A stretch of DNA of 64,000 nt, from assembly GCA_034716235.1 (NCBI GenBank), contig JAYEHH010000037.1, positions 566 to 64,565 of the forward strand. The letters are read 5' to 3'. The DNA is from Patescibacteria group bacterium (GTDB lineage Bacteria > Patescibacteriota > Minisyncoccia > CAIUEV01 > JAHKAQ01). Made by a program: the position numbers and the translations under genes. Positions 40,105-50,462 of the stretch are shown here, piece by piece. The number at the start of each line of letters is the position of its first letter. The stretch's first letter is position 1. The notes under the pieces are model-generated. The model did no database searches and was not told the DNA's origin. It saw only the letters and a list, made by a program, of their open reading frames with translations.

Positions 40105-41391
40105 ATGCTGAAAACTCTCGGGCTCATTTGCTTGTTATTTATAACGATTAGTTGTTGGGTTGAGCCGGAATATGCCGAAGCTAATTTTTCCAAAAGTTTC
40201 TTTGTTCAAAACAACAGACTGGGTTTAGGGGATTGGACAAGTCCTAGCCTAGAAATTATTCAAAGTCCTCAGGAAAATATGGCTTACGAGAGTTTAAGCA
40301 TTAGGGTTAAAGGGGTAGATACTATTTCTGCTATTAGTAATTTTGAATACTTACTTTATTCGCATACCCCAGCTGATCTTGCGTCGGATTGGGTTCAAAC
40401 ATTAAAAACAATTACTTGCGACGACCCAGAAGAAAATTCAGAAAGTGAAGGTCTGACTCAAGAAAAAGAAATACTATTGTCTTTAGATAAAATTGAAAAT
40501 TCAAATCATAAACTTTGCCTTGATGATGAAATATGGTGCGAAGATGGCCCGCTACCTGCTGGAGAATACTATTTAATTATTCACGCTTATGACTCCAGCC
40601 AGACCCTGGATGTTTTAGGAAACAAAAGTGAAGATTTAATCTACCAATTTATCAAAAAAGAAGCTCAAGTTATTTGCCAACTAGGAACTATTAAAGTTAA
40701 AGCAGGAGAAGAAATTAATTTTCCTAATGTTACTTGTGCTGACGAACCGGAACTTGAAGAAATTAAGTGGGATTTAGACGAAGCGGACGGAGTAGATTTT
40801 ACTAATCCCGATTTATTGGGTAACGCTCCTATATTAACGGAAGGAATTACCATCCCAGGCACCTATTCTGTTACCGTTGAAGCTAAAAATATAGAGGGAA
40901 TAGTTAAAAGACAATCTTTCAGAATGGATGTAAGCAATCCCGTACTTAATTATGGAGATTTAATCATTAATGAATTTATTCCAAACCCTGTCGGAGATGA
41001 CAAGGCTGTAATGCCAGCAGGGGAATGGGTAGAAATCTATAATAAATTGGCAGTAGGAATAGATTTATTGGGATTTGTAGTTTATGACAACTATGATGAA
41101 CATGATTTGCCTTTAACTAAAAATAATTGTCAGGATAATTCTACCTTAATTTTCCCGCACTCTTATAAAGTGATATACCGAAATGGTGATCCACAATTCT
41201 CACTCAATAATAGTGGTTTAGAAAAAATTCGTCTCTTTAATGGATTTATAGAAAACGAGGCTATTATTTTAACTGATTATGAATATTCAGGAGGAGTCAT
41301 AGAGGGAAAATCTTTGGCTCGGATGCCTAATCTTGACGGTGATTTTCAGCAAATGGTTCCTACTCCAGGAGAAGAAAACAAAAATCCCTGA
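40105..41391 (+). CDS. Secreted acidic protein with PKD-like and lamin-tail domains
   Basis: Signal peptide; IKWDLD..DG, GTYSVTV; LIINEFIPNP..EWVEIYN, LNNSG, SLAR, PTPG..N. Confidence 0.7.
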   Translation: MLKTLGLICLLFITISCWVEPEYAEANFSKSFFVQNNRLGLGDWTSPSLEIIQSPQENMAYESLSIRVKGVDTISAISNFEYLLYSHTPADLASDWVQTLKTITCDDPEENSESEGLTQEKEILLSLDKIENSNHKLCLDDEIWCEDGPLPAGEYYLIIHAYDSSQTLDVLGNKSEDLIYQFIKKEAQVICQLGTIKVKAGEEINFPNVTCADEPELEEIKWDLDEADGVDFTNPDLLGNAPILTEGITIPGTYSVTVEAKNIEGIVKRQSFRMDVSNPVLNYGDLIINEFIPNPVGDDKAVMPAGEWVEIYNKLAVGIDLLGFVVYDNYDEHDLPLTKNNCQDNSTLIFPHSYKVIYRNGDPQFSLNNSGLEKIRLFNGFIENEAIILTDYEYSGGVIEGKSLARMPNLDGDFQQMVPTPGEENKNP

Positions 41392-41408
41392 CATTGCAGG
41401 GATTTTTG
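41381..41408. terminator. Bidirectional intrinsic terminator
   Basis: AAAATCCCTG-ACATTG-CAGGGATTTTT between convergent genes. Confidence 0.75.
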
Positions 41409-41534
41409 TTAACTAAGCTTATGTTTAAACCGAGTAATTTGTGGGTAAAGTACGACGAAGAATATACCTCGGAAATCTTTTATTTTTGTTCATTTTATTC
41501 TATCTATTCTGTAAATTAATTAATTTACAGACAT

Positions 41535-42224
41535 TTACAGGCTCGGAACTTGCTGGCTAAAAACTTTTAAGTGATCCAGTTGTCCCGGTGTTAATGTCTT
41601 CGACGCTTCTAAAGCTGACTCAATATCACTTTCAGAAAATGCTTTCGTTTCTCCTATGTTGAGTCGGGAGGAATATCCCATTTTTTTCGCTAAATAATCC
41701 TCCATGTAAATCTTGTGTTCCGCAGTGACTGAGGAATCATTATGAGTATCCAAATACTGACTGACCGCTGAACGGGCTAAAGTTGTTAAACTGTCGCCAC
41801 TAGCAGCCGTTACTTCATAAGAACCATTAGTTTGGGAAACTACCGCTTCCTGTTTAGGAGCTTCTTCTACTGCTTCTGCTGCTTCTGCTACTGCTTCTTT
41901 CACTTCATCTCCAGTAGCTATTTCATCTCCAGTTTTTTCTTCAATGCCAGCTACTTGTTCTGCATCAGCATCTCCCTCTTCTTCATCAGCAAGTTTAGCA
42001 GAATCTTCTTCAATTAATTTCTGTAAATCTGTTTTTTCAGTAGTTTCTTCTGCTAATTTTTCTCCAGCATCTTCAGCCCCTCGTTTAGAATAGGAGTAAA
42101 CTCCTAAAGCGATAACTAAGACAATAACAATTGATAGAACTATTCGAACATTGTCCTGTATCCAAGTTTTGATTTCCGAAGGCCAATTTCCTGAAGGTTC
42201 AGGAATATCACCTTCATTCTTCAT
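41535..42224 (-). CDS. Membrane-anchored acidic protein with a LysM-like C-terminal motif
   Basis: Single TM, E/A-rich linker, YEVTAASGDSLTTLAR; GGGAGGTG SD before the ATG at 42224. Confidence 0.6.
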   Translation of the reverse strand: MKNEGDIPEPSGNWPSEIKTWIQDNVRIVLSIVIVLVIALGVYSYSKRGAEDAGEKLAEETTEKTDLQKLIEEDSAKLADEEEGDADAEQVAGIEEKTGDEIATGDEVKEAVAEAAEAVEEAPKQEAVVSQTNGSYEVTAASGDSLTTLARSAVSQYLDTHNDSSVTAEHKIYMEDYLAKKMGYSSRLNIGETKAFSESDIESALEASKTLTPGQLDHLKVFSQQVPSL

Positions 42225-42288
42225 CTTGCTCACCTCCCTTCATTTATTTTTGTAACAAACTTTTAATAAAAGTTTCGACCGTTAGGCA

Positions 42289-42317
42289 ATCCTAGCAATA
42301 GAGCCAGTAAGTGTCAA
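42289..42317 (-). promoter_or_regulatory. Sigma70-type promoter
   Basis: TTGACA-N17-TAGGAT with extended TG on the minus strand. Confidence 0.6.
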
Positions 42318-42408
42318 ACGAATGTGGTTACAATGTCTAATAATATACCATTAAAACCAATGTTATATACTAGAATAGAATCTAGGTGCTATAAATGCGA
42401 TTTATTAT

Positions 42409-43353
42409 TTATTTTATTTCTTTTTTAATTCTCAACACTCTATATTTTTTACTTAGGTCTTTAAAGAATTGAACATCTGAGAAGGCATTTTTCTTTTGCA
42501 GATACAGCTCTAATGGTTTCTTTTGCCGAGGGTCTATCTCCAGAAAGGTGTAACAGGTTGTTTTGTTTTCTAAACTAGCAATTTGGTCTAACAGTTTTTT
42601 AATGAGTTCCATCCCCATATCTTTAGCGATTAGAGCTGATTTGGGTTCATATTTAATATCCGGTGCTGTAGCTAGGTATTGTTTTTTTGAAAGATAGGGC
42701 AAATTAGCGGTAATTATTAAAGAGGAAAATTTATTTAGCTTATTTTTAGAAAGAAAAGATAAAAGATCTGCTTGAAAAACCTTTAATTTCTGATGAGGAT
42801 TATGTTTTTTAAAATTTTGGGAAGCTATTTTTAAAGCCTCGGCCGATTTATCGGAAGCAAAATAAGTTATTTTTTGACTAGCCTCTAGTTTTTTAGCCAG
42901 AGCGGTAATAATACAACCGCTACCAGTACCAACATCAACCACTAACAAAGAAGTTTGTTTCTCATTATTATTCTCTTTATTTTCTTGGATATTTTTGTTC
43001 CCATCCTTATTTTGTTGAAATTTGCCAATAGTTTGTAGAGTAAGATCTACCAACAATTCAGTTTCAGGGCGAGGGATGAGAGTATTTCTATCTACTCTAA
43101 AGTTTAGACCATAGAATTCTTTAGATTCAGCCAAATAAGCCATTGGCTCTCCTTGCATCCTGCGCTTAATCAGACGATTAATTTTATTTTGAGTGTTTTT
43201 AGCTACCAAAAAAGTTGGGTTAGCATAAATCCATTCTTTTGTTTTCTTTAAAATCTGACCAATAATTAATTCACTATCTAGCGGAGAGAGAGGAGATTGA
43301 GCTAAGATTTCTTGTAAAGTTTTAGTAGGTAAAGTTTTTTGGCTGGTATCCAT
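42409..43353 (-). CDS. prmC: Release factor glutamine methyltransferase
   Basis: GEPMAY, LIPRPETE, DVGTGSGCI, ANLPY; downstream of prfA. Confidence 0.93.
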   Translation of the reverse strand: MDTSQKTLPTKTLQEILAQSPLSPLDSELIIGQILKKTKEWIYANPTFLVAKNTQNKINRLIKRRMQGEPMAYLAESKEFYGLNFRVDRNTLIPRPETELLVDLTLQTIGKFQQNKDGNKNIQENKENNNEKQTSLLVVDVGTGSGCIITALAKKLEASQKITYFASDKSAEALKIASQNFKKHNPHQKLKVFQADLLSFLSKNKLNKFSSLIITANLPYLSKKQYLATAPDIKYEPKSALIAKDMGMELIKKLLDQIASLENKTTCYTFLEIDPRQKKPLELYLQKKNAFSDVQFFKDLSKKYRVLRIKKEIK

Positions 43354-43368
43354 AGTAAGAAGAATAGG

Positions 43369-44451
43369 TTATACCGAATAGTTATTTTCTTCAGCCGTCA
43401 TTTTCAATTTTAATTCTTGCTTTTTTAGGGCTTCTAAAATATCATCAATTTCTCCATCCATTATTTTTTCCATACCGTGCCAACTTTGTCCTATCCGATG
43501 GTCAGTCACTCTGTCTTGAGGAAAATTATAGGTGCGGATTTTCTCGCTACGGTCCCCAGTGCCAATTTGAGAACTCCTTAAGTTGCTAGCTTTCTTTTGT
43601 TTCTCTTCTTTATCATGGGCTAGCAAACGAGAGCGTAAAATAGAAAAAGCTTTCGCCTTGTTTTTATGTTGAGATTTTTCATCCTGACAGGTAACCACAA
43701 GATTGGTTGGTAAGTGAGTTAGGCGAATAGCAGAATCGGTAGTATTAACACTTTGCCCTCCGGGTCCCGAGGAACGGTAAGTATCTATTTTGACCTCCTC
43801 AGGTTTTATCTCAATATCATGTTCTTCGGCCTGAGGAAGAACAGCTACCGTAGCGGTAGAGGTATGAATCCGACCACTTTTTTCAGTTTCTGGAATGCGC
43901 TGTACTCGATGAACCCCAGATTCATGTTTCAATATTCCGTAGATATCTTTTCCATCAATTTGAGCAATTATTTCTTTGGTTCCACCTATGTTATTTTTAC
44001 TGGCGTTAAGAATAGCTATTTTGAAATCATTTCTTTCTACATAGCGACTATACATTCTAAAAATATCACCAGCAAAAATACCTGCCTCGTCTCCACCAGC
44101 TCCCGCTCTTATTTCTACAATAACATTGCGAGCATCATCCGGATCACGAGCAATGGTTAAGTAATTAAACTCTTTCCGCAATTGCTTTAATTCTTTAGAG
44201 AATTTTAAATTTTCTTCCTCAGCCATAGTCACCAATTCTGTCTCTTCTGCTTCTTTAATCAACCCCTCATTCTCTTGAATGGAATTGTTTAGTTTGTTGA
44301 TTTTATCTACAACCTCTTTTATTTTTCTTAACTCAGCATGTTCTCTACTGAGAGCTTTTAGTTTCTGGACATCAGAAACTATCTTAGGGTCACTAAGTTT
44401 TTCAGAGATTTCCTCATATCTCTTCAAGTATTTTTTATAGAGATTAGACAT
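43369..44451 (-). CDS. prfA: Peptide chain release factor 1
   Basis: EIRAGAGGDEA, GVHRVQRIPETE (PxT), GPGGQSVN; start placed at ATG 44451. Confidence 0.96.
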   Translation of the reverse strand: MSNLYKKYLKRYEEISEKLSDPKIVSDVQKLKALSREHAELRKIKEVVDKINKLNNSIQENEGLIKEAEETELVTMAEEENLKFSKELKQLRKEFNYLTIARDPDDARNVIVEIRAGAGGDEAGIFAGDIFRMYSRYVERNDFKIAILNASKNNIGGTKEIIAQIDGKDIYGILKHESGVHRVQRIPETEKSGRIHTSTATVAVLPQAEEHDIEIKPEEVKIDTYRSSGPGGQSVNTTDSAIRLTHLPTNLVVTCQDEKSQHKNKAKAFSILRSRLLAHDKEEKQKKASNLRSSQIGTGDRSEKIRTYNFPQDRVTDHRIGQSWHGMEKIMDGEIDDILEALKKQELKLKMTAEENNYSV

Positions 44452-44454
44452 AGA

Positions 44455-44965
44455 GATTGATGGACAATGGATAATGGATGAATATCTTTTTCTAATTTTC
44501 AATTTTATTTGTCATTCCTGTAAAAGTTAGGTAATTCGTTGACAGATATGTCATTCCCGCGTAGGCGGGAATCCAGAAACTAGAATAAAATTTCTGAGAC
44601 TAAATACAAATTAACAATTACTAGAAAGCTGACCTGTATCATTTTCTAAGTTTCATATAGCTTTACTAGAAGAAATAAGTATTATTTAAAAGTTATTTTA
44701 CTGTTACAGTAAAATAAGTGCAGTATGTTTTAGAAATCTGGATTCCTGCCTTCCTGCCTCACCTACCTCACGGTAGGCAGGCGGTAGGCAGGCACGGGGA
44801 ATGACAAATAAGAAAGTATTGTCTAAAACGTCTCGGGACCCCCGCTTGCCTCGCCGTGCCACAAAATTGTAATGGGTACATTAGTTAGCGAGTTTAGGCG
44901 GGCTGGAGTTTATCCCGTCGGACCTGTCCCGCGAATGCTGGGGTGACGGGGCGGGAATGACAGGG
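44455..44965. repeat. Large nested repeat cluster between prfA and rpmE
   Basis: Heptamers, GTCATTCC palindromes, AT-rich spacer shared with 54137-54310, nested CCTRCCTCA/GGTAGGCAGGC units, inverted copy of 35409-35535. Confidence 0.85.
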
Positions 44966-44972
44966 GAAAAAG

Positions 44973-45317
44973 CTAGTTGGCTTTGATCTTGGTCTTGGCC
45001 TTGGCTTTGGCTTTCTTTCCAACCTTAAGATCGCTAATTTTTTTCTTGCCAATAATTTTTTTCTTGGTTTTCTTTTTAGCCTTCTTAGCGCTGGTAACTA
45101 CTTTTTTTTCAATGCTCTTGGATTTACCGAGTCTTTTCATGAAACGGTCAACTCTTCCTGTGGCATCTACAATTTTTTTCTTGCCTGTATAGAAAGGATG
45201 ACAAGCGCTACAAATTTCTATATCCATGGTAGAAACAGAAGCTCTAGTTTTTACTACATTGCCGCAAGCACATTTAATAGTGCAAGGACCATATTCTGGG
45301 TGGATGTCTTTTTTCAT
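44973..45317 (-). CDS. rpmE: 50S ribosomal protein L31 (Zn type) with Lys-rich tail
   Basis: MKKDIHPEY, CACG, CSACHPFYTG, GRVDRF. Confidence 0.96.
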   Translation of the reverse strand: MKKDIHPEYGPCTIKCACGNVVKTRASVSTMDIEICSACHPFYTGKKKIVDATGRVDRFMKRLGKSKSIEKKVVTSAKKAKKKTKKKIIGKKKISDLKVGKKAKAKAKTKIKAN

Positions 45318-45418
45318 AATTGGTTAGTTATATTTTTTCTATGTCAATAAAATCGCATATTTGCGGGAAATAGTCAATTGAATTTACAATCCCATCGGTT
45401 ATCGGTCGTTAGAGCCAT

Positions 45419-45448
45419 TTGCGTCGTTACCTTGTTACGGTATATAAT
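45419..45448 (+). promoter_or_regulatory. Putative promoter of the pgk operon
   Basis: TTGCGT-N18-TATAAT. Confidence 0.45.
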
Positions 45449-45533
45449 GCCAATAAGGAAGTTGTAGTTGAGTGACATTTTTGAGTAAGTGGGTCTGAGA
45501 AATTTTAAGCTTGTCAGCCTTAATAAAAAAAAG

Positions 45534-46625
45534 ATGACAGAATTAAAAACTATAGACAAAAATGATGTTTCTAACAAGACGGTTGTTTTGAGAGTGGACT
45601 TTAATTGCCCGATTAAAAAAGGACAGGTCCTAGATACTTATCGGATTGATCGTAGCCTAGACACAATCCAGTATCTATTTAATAACGGGGTTAAAAAAAT
45701 TGTTATCTTGGCTCACTTAGGGCGTCCTAACGGAAAATTTAAAAAATCGCTTTCTCTGGCACCAATAGTAGCAGTTTTTGCTAATAGAATGGCAGATTTT
45801 GGTTTGGGGGATTTTAATATTAAGTTACTCAAATACAAAAAAGATGTTGGAGAATGTGTGGCCGAGGCTAATAAAATAAAAAACAGAGTAACCTTTTTAC
45901 CCAATATTCGTTTCTGGAAAGAAGAAATAGAAAATAATGAAGATTTTAGTAAAAAACTGGCCGAATTGGGTGAAATTTTTGTAAATGATGCCTTTAGCGT
46001 TGCTCATCGGTTACAGGCCTCAGTTGTAGGCATTCCTAAATATCTGCCCAGTTACGCTGGATTTCTTTTAGCAACCGAAGTAAAACAAATTGAGGAAACT
46101 ATTAAACATCCAGTTAGCCCTGCTGTAGCTGTAATTGGAGGAGTAAAATTAGAAACTAAAATCCCTGTTTTAAAATCTTTAGCTAAAAATTATGATAAAA
46201 TTTTAGTGGGAGGACTAATCGCCGTTGAATTGCAGAAGGAATCTCCAGCAGCCAAAGAGCTACTAAAACATTTTTCAGCTGGCAAACTAATACTTCCGCT
46301 AGGATACAAAGACGAAAAAAAACGAGATATAAATGAAGAAACGGCTCAAAAGTTTGCCAAAATAATTGCTTCTGCCAAAACAATTCTTTGGAACGGACCT
46401 TTGGGAAAATTTGAGGAGGCACCTTTTGACAAGGGAAGCAAAATTGTTGGTCAAGCTGTCGCCGAATCTAAAGCCTACACAATGGCTGGAGGTGGAGAAA
46501 CCAATGCCCTGCTTAAAATACTTGGAATTTTTGATAAAATAGACTTTGTTTCTACTGGAGGAGGAGCGATGTTGAAACTTATCGGAGAAGGAGAATTGCC
46601 AGGAGTAAAAGTTCTGAGACAATAA
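45534..46625 (+). CDS. pgk: Phosphoglycerate kinase
   Basis: RVDFNCP, HLGRP, NDAFSVAHR, WNGPLG.FE, STGGGA. Confidence 0.97.
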   Translation: MTELKTIDKNDVSNKTVVLRVDFNCPIKKGQVLDTYRIDRSLDTIQYLFNNGVKKIVILAHLGRPNGKFKKSLSLAPIVAVFANRMADFGLGDFNIKLLKYKKDVGECVAEANKIKNRVTFLPNIRFWKEEIENNEDFSKKLAELGEIFVNDAFSVAHRLQASVVGIPKYLPSYAGFLLATEVKQIEETIKHPVSPAVAVIGGVKLETKIPVLKSLAKNYDKILVGGLIAVELQKESPAAKELLKHFSAGKLILPLGYKDEKKRDINEETAQKFAKIIASAKTILWNGPLGKFEEAPFDKGSKIVGQAVAESKAYTMAGGGETNALLKILGIFDKIDFVSTGGGAMLKLIGEGELPGVKVLRQ

Positions 46626-46671
46626 AAATCAAGGCAATGGAATATCTTGACCCTATTTTTAAATTTATTTC

Positions 46672-47931
46672 ATGAAAATTAAAAAAATCACTGCTTATGA
46701 AATTCTCGATTCCCGAGGGAATCCGACAGTTAGAGTCAAACTTACAACGGAGAATGGAGCATTAGCCTCTGCTAATGTTCCCTCAGGAGCTTCAACGGGA
46801 GAACACGAGGCTTTAGAATTAAGAGATAATGATCCAGCCAGATTTAATGGTAAGGGGGTTTTACAAGCAATTAAAAATATAAAGGAGAAAATTGCCCCTG
46901 AGTTAATCGGTATGGAAATAACCGATCAAGAAAAAATTGATCAGAAAATGATTCAACTGGACGGAACTGCCAATAAGACAAATTTAGGAGCTAACTCTAC
47001 CCTAGGAGTTTCGCTAGCTATTGCTAGAGCAATGGCCGAAGAAAAACATTTACCACTCTATAAATATTTAGCGCAACTTAATGGCTCTGCAGAAGAAGAA
47101 ATTGTCTTCCCTAATCCAATGTGCAATGTTATCAACGGTGGCGCTCATGCTGATTCTGGGATGGATATTCAGGAATATATGCTTGTTGCTACAGGGATTG
47201 ACTCTGTTCAAGAAAAGGTTAGAGCTTTATCGGAAATCTATCATGCTTTAAAAACAAGGCTCAAAAAAGATAAATATACTATAGCGGTTGGCGATGAAGG
47301 AGGATTTGCCCCAAGACTTAAAAGCAATGCAGAGCCATTGGAATATTTAACGGTGGCCACCGAAGAAGCTGGTTATAAAGTAGGAAAAGATATTAATTTT
47401 GCTCTTGATGTAGCTGCTTCTGAATTCTATGATCCGCAATCTCAGAAATATATTTTAAAGCTGGATGAGAAAGAATTATCAGCTGAAGAATTAATCAGTT
47501 ACTATGAGGAACTAATCGCCAAATATCCAATAATCATCATAGAAGATGGGTTGGCAGAAGATGATATTGAAGGCTGGAAACTATTTAATCAAAAATGCGG
47601 AGAAAAAATCAGTATTATGGGAGATGATTTTACCGTAACCAATAAACAAAGATTGAATTGGGCGTTAGAGAATAAAGCTCTCAATAGTATTCTCATAAAG
47701 CCTAACCAGATTGGAACCCTTACCGAAACTCTAGAATGTATAAAAATAAGTCAGGAGCAAGGATTGAAAATAGCAATTTCTCATAGAAGTGGAGACACTC
47801 GGGATGACTTTATTGCCGATTTAGCGGTAGGAGTTGGAGCAGACTGGCTTAAATCTGGTTCAATGGCTAGAAGCGAAAGAGTATCTAAATATAATCGTCT
47901 GCTGGAAATTAAAAACGAAGAAGCAAATTAA
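46672..47931 (+). CDS. eno: Enolase
   Basis: DSRGNPTV, PSGASTG, GDEGGFAP, SHRSG. Confidence 0.98.
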   Translation: MKIKKITAYEILDSRGNPTVRVKLTTENGALASANVPSGASTGEHEALELRDNDPARFNGKGVLQAIKNIKEKIAPELIGMEITDQEKIDQKMIQLDGTANKTNLGANSTLGVSLAIARAMAEEKHLPLYKYLAQLNGSAEEEIVFPNPMCNVINGGAHADSGMDIQEYMLVATGIDSVQEKVRALSEIYHALKTRLKKDKYTIAVGDEGGFAPRLKSNAEPLEYLTVATEEAGYKVGKDINFALDVAASEFYDPQSQKYILKLDEKELSAEELISYYEELIAKYPIIIIEDGLAEDDIEGWKLFNQKCGEKISIMGDDFTVTNKQRLNWALENKALNSILIKPNQIGTLTETLECIKISQEQGLKIAISHRSGDTRDDFIADLAVGVGADWLKSGSMARSERVSKYNRLLEIKNEEAN

Positions 47932-47942
47932 TTTTGAAAATA

Positions 47943-49487
47943 ATGGAATCTCAAAAAAATACTAATCCTTACGTAGCTGTTATCTTAGATGGTTTTGGTA
48001 TGGCTCCGAAATATGAAGGTAATGCAGTAGAACTTGCTAGAAAACCAAACTATGACAAATTAAAAAAGCAATATCCCTATACAGAATTAGGGGCATCAGG
48101 AAAAGATGTTGGGCTAGAAGCTGGTGGAATGTCGGGAAGTGAAGTAGGGCATACCAACATTGGCGCCGGGCGAGTAATTGAACAAGAATCAAAAATTATT
48201 TCTCAGGGTATTGACGATAAGACATTTTTTCAAAATCCGGTTTTACTAAAAGCGGTAAATCATGTAGAAAAAATTGGTTCTAGATTACATCTGGTGGGGC
48301 TTCTCTCTAGTGATAACAGCCCTCACTCAAAACTCAAACATTTTACTGCCATTTTAGAAATAGCCAAACAAAAAGGGATTAGTGAAGTTTTTATTCATTT
48401 TTTTACTGATGGTCGAGATTCTAAGCCTCAGAGTGCAGAAAAACATTTGAAAAAGTGGAACAATATAATGGATACAATTGGAATTGGAAAAGTGGCTACT
48501 GTCGGAGGTAGGTTTTACGGAATGGATAGGGTTAAAAATTGGGATCGGTTAAAAATGGCTTATAATGCCATGGCTAAAGGAGAAGGAGAAAAAGCTGATT
48601 CTGCCCAAGAAGCCATTAAGCAAGCCAGGGCTCAGAAATTAATCGATGAATATATTTTGCCCACGGTAATTTATGAGCAAGGAAAACCAGTTGCTAAAAT
48701 AGCAGACAACGATGCAGTTATCTTTTTCAATCTGCGATCAGATAGAGCTCGACAACTAACCAAACTATTTGTTTTAGAAGAATCAACGGAAACAGAGTTA
48801 CCTCAACCGAGAGTCAAAAATCTTTTCTTTGTTACTCTGACTGATTTTGGTCCCGATATTAATACGCACACTGCTTTTGCTGCTAATAATATCTATCAAA
48901 CCCTACCTAGCGCCTTGGCTAATTCTCGACAATTATATATTTCAGAAACGGAAAAATTTGCCCACGTAACTTTTTTTCTCAATGGGGGCTTTCCGGATTC
49001 TGTCGCTGGAGAAAAACGAATTATGATTCCTTCTCCAGATGTGAATTCCTACGCCGAAACTCCAGAAATGTCTGCTAAAGCCATTACAGATGTTATAATA
49101 AAATATACAGAAGAAGAAGCCTATGATTTTATTTTGGTCAATTATCCCAATCCAGACATGCTTGGCCATACCGGAGATATAAAGGCAACGGTCAAAGGGA
49201 TAGAATTTGTAGATAAATGTTTAGGGAGGCTCTGGAAAGAAATTCAGAAACGGGAAGGAGGAATGTTTGTTTTTGCTGACCATGGGAATGCAGACGAAAT
49301 GCTTGATAAAAAAACGGGAGAAAAATTGACTTTCCATACAACAAATCCGGTTCCTTTTATTATGGCTTATGATAAGCTGAGAGGAAAGAAGTTAGCGACC
49401 GGTGGAAAATTAGGGAATATCGCTCCGTCTATCTTAAAAACTATGGATATAAAAAAGGAAAGAAAGATGGGAGAAGAATTATTTTAA
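47943..49487 (+). CDS. gpmI: 2,3-bisphosphoglycerate-independent phosphoglycerate mutase
   Basis: ILDGFG, SEVGH, DGRD, ETEKFAHVT, NPDMLGH, ADHGN. Confidence 0.97.
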   Translation: MESQKNTNPYVAVILDGFGMAPKYEGNAVELARKPNYDKLKKQYPYTELGASGKDVGLEAGGMSGSEVGHTNIGAGRVIEQESKIISQGIDDKTFFQNPVLLKAVNHVEKIGSRLHLVGLLSSDNSPHSKLKHFTAILEIAKQKGISEVFIHFFTDGRDSKPQSAEKHLKKWNNIMDTIGIGKVATVGGRFYGMDRVKNWDRLKMAYNAMAKGEGEKADSAQEAIKQARAQKLIDEYILPTVIYEQGKPVAKIADNDAVIFFNLRSDRARQLTKLFVLEESTETELPQPRVKNLFFVTLTDFGPDINTHTAFAANNIYQTLPSALANSRQLYISETEKFAHVTFFLNGGFPDSVAGEKRIMIPSPDVNSYAETPEMSAKAITDVIIKYTEEEAYDFILVNYPNPDMLGHTGDIKATVKGIEFVDKCLGRLWKEIQKREGGMFVFADHGNADEMLDKKTGEKLTFHTTNPVPFIMAYDKLRGKKLATGGKLGNIAPSILKTMDIKKERKMGEELF

Positions 49488-49514
49488 TTAATGATTTTTT
49501 AATTTATTAAACAT

Positions 49515-50453
49515 ATGGATAATCAACTTACTACTATTGGTTCAGCTACTAGGGATATTTTTCTAATTCCTAAAAAGGTGGATATAATTGACAATAAAAA
49601 AGATTTAACTCGTCAAAAACTGATGGCTTTTGAATATGGGGCTAAAGAAACAGTTGATTATCTAAGTATCCATACGGGAGGAACGGCGGTAAATGTAGCA
49701 GTGGGATTGGCAAGGCAAGGGATAAAAACTGCTGCCAATTGTGCCGTTGGTAACGATGAATCAGGTCAATCAGTTTTGGACACTCTAAAGAAAGAAGGAG
49801 TAGCTACTTCTTTAGTAGCCATTTCCCAGCACAGTAAAACTGATCGCTCTCTTATTATTCTAGATAAAAAAACAGGCGAACGGACGGTATTTATTAACAA
49901 AAGTGCCAGTCGGCACTTAACAGTTGACTGCTCTTCAATTGAATCGGAATCCATATTCCTTTCCTCTCTAAAATATAATTGGGAAAAAAAGTTTAAAGTA
50001 CTTGAAAAATGTGTAGTCGCTTCTCATAAAAGATTATTCTTTACCCCCGGAACGGCTCAAATTAAAGCGGGCACAGAAAAATTGGCCGATTTCCTGCGAC
50101 AGGTTGAAGTGATATTTCTTAATGAGGACGAAGCTCTTGAATTTACTCGTCAAAAAACAAAAGTAGAAATTAAAGAAATGATGAAAGATATTTATAGCTA
50201 TGGTCCTAAAGTGGTGGTGATTACCGCCGGGGAAAAAGGAGTTTATGTTTATAGTGACCATACCTTTTTTCATACTCCTTCTGAAAAAATAAAAATTAAG
50301 GATGCTACTGGGGCGGGAGACGCTTTTACTTCGGGCTTTTTAGCAACGTATCTCAGAGGTGGGTCATTGAAAGTGGCGGTTAAGAATGGTATCCGCAACT
50401 CTGTTTCAGTAATAACTCACCTTGGAACATTAGAAGGATTATTAAAAAAATAA
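49515..50453 (+). CDS. PfkB family carbohydrate kinase
   Basis: GGTAVNVAVGLARQG, DATGAGDAF. Confidence 0.9.
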   Translation: MDNQLTTIGSATRDIFLIPKKVDIIDNKKDLTRQKLMAFEYGAKETVDYLSIHTGGTAVNVAVGLARQGIKTAANCAVGNDESGQSVLDTLKKEGVATSLVAISQHSKTDRSLIILDKKTGERTVFINKSASRHLTVDCSSIESESIFLSSLKYNWEKKFKVLEKCVVASHKRLFFTPGTAQIKAGTEKLADFLRQVEVIFLNEDEALEFTRQKTKVEIKEMMKDIYSYGPKVVVITAGEKGVYVYSDHTFFHTPSEKIKIKDATGAGDAFTSGFLATYLRGGSLKVAVKNGIRNSVSVITHLGTLEGLLKK

Positions 50454-50462
50454 ATTATTTTT

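Noticed and set aside
44452-44502. N-terminal extension of RF1 in the ORF track
   Set aside because: Encoded by a heptamer array (YSSIIHCP); ATG 44451 gives a normal-length RF1.
45426-45439. GTTACCTTGTTACG, antisense to the conserved 16S 3' region (1492R site)
   Set aside because: Only 12 nt match this genome's 16S, which is expected by chance at this scale, and it lies in the spacer of the putative pgk promoter.
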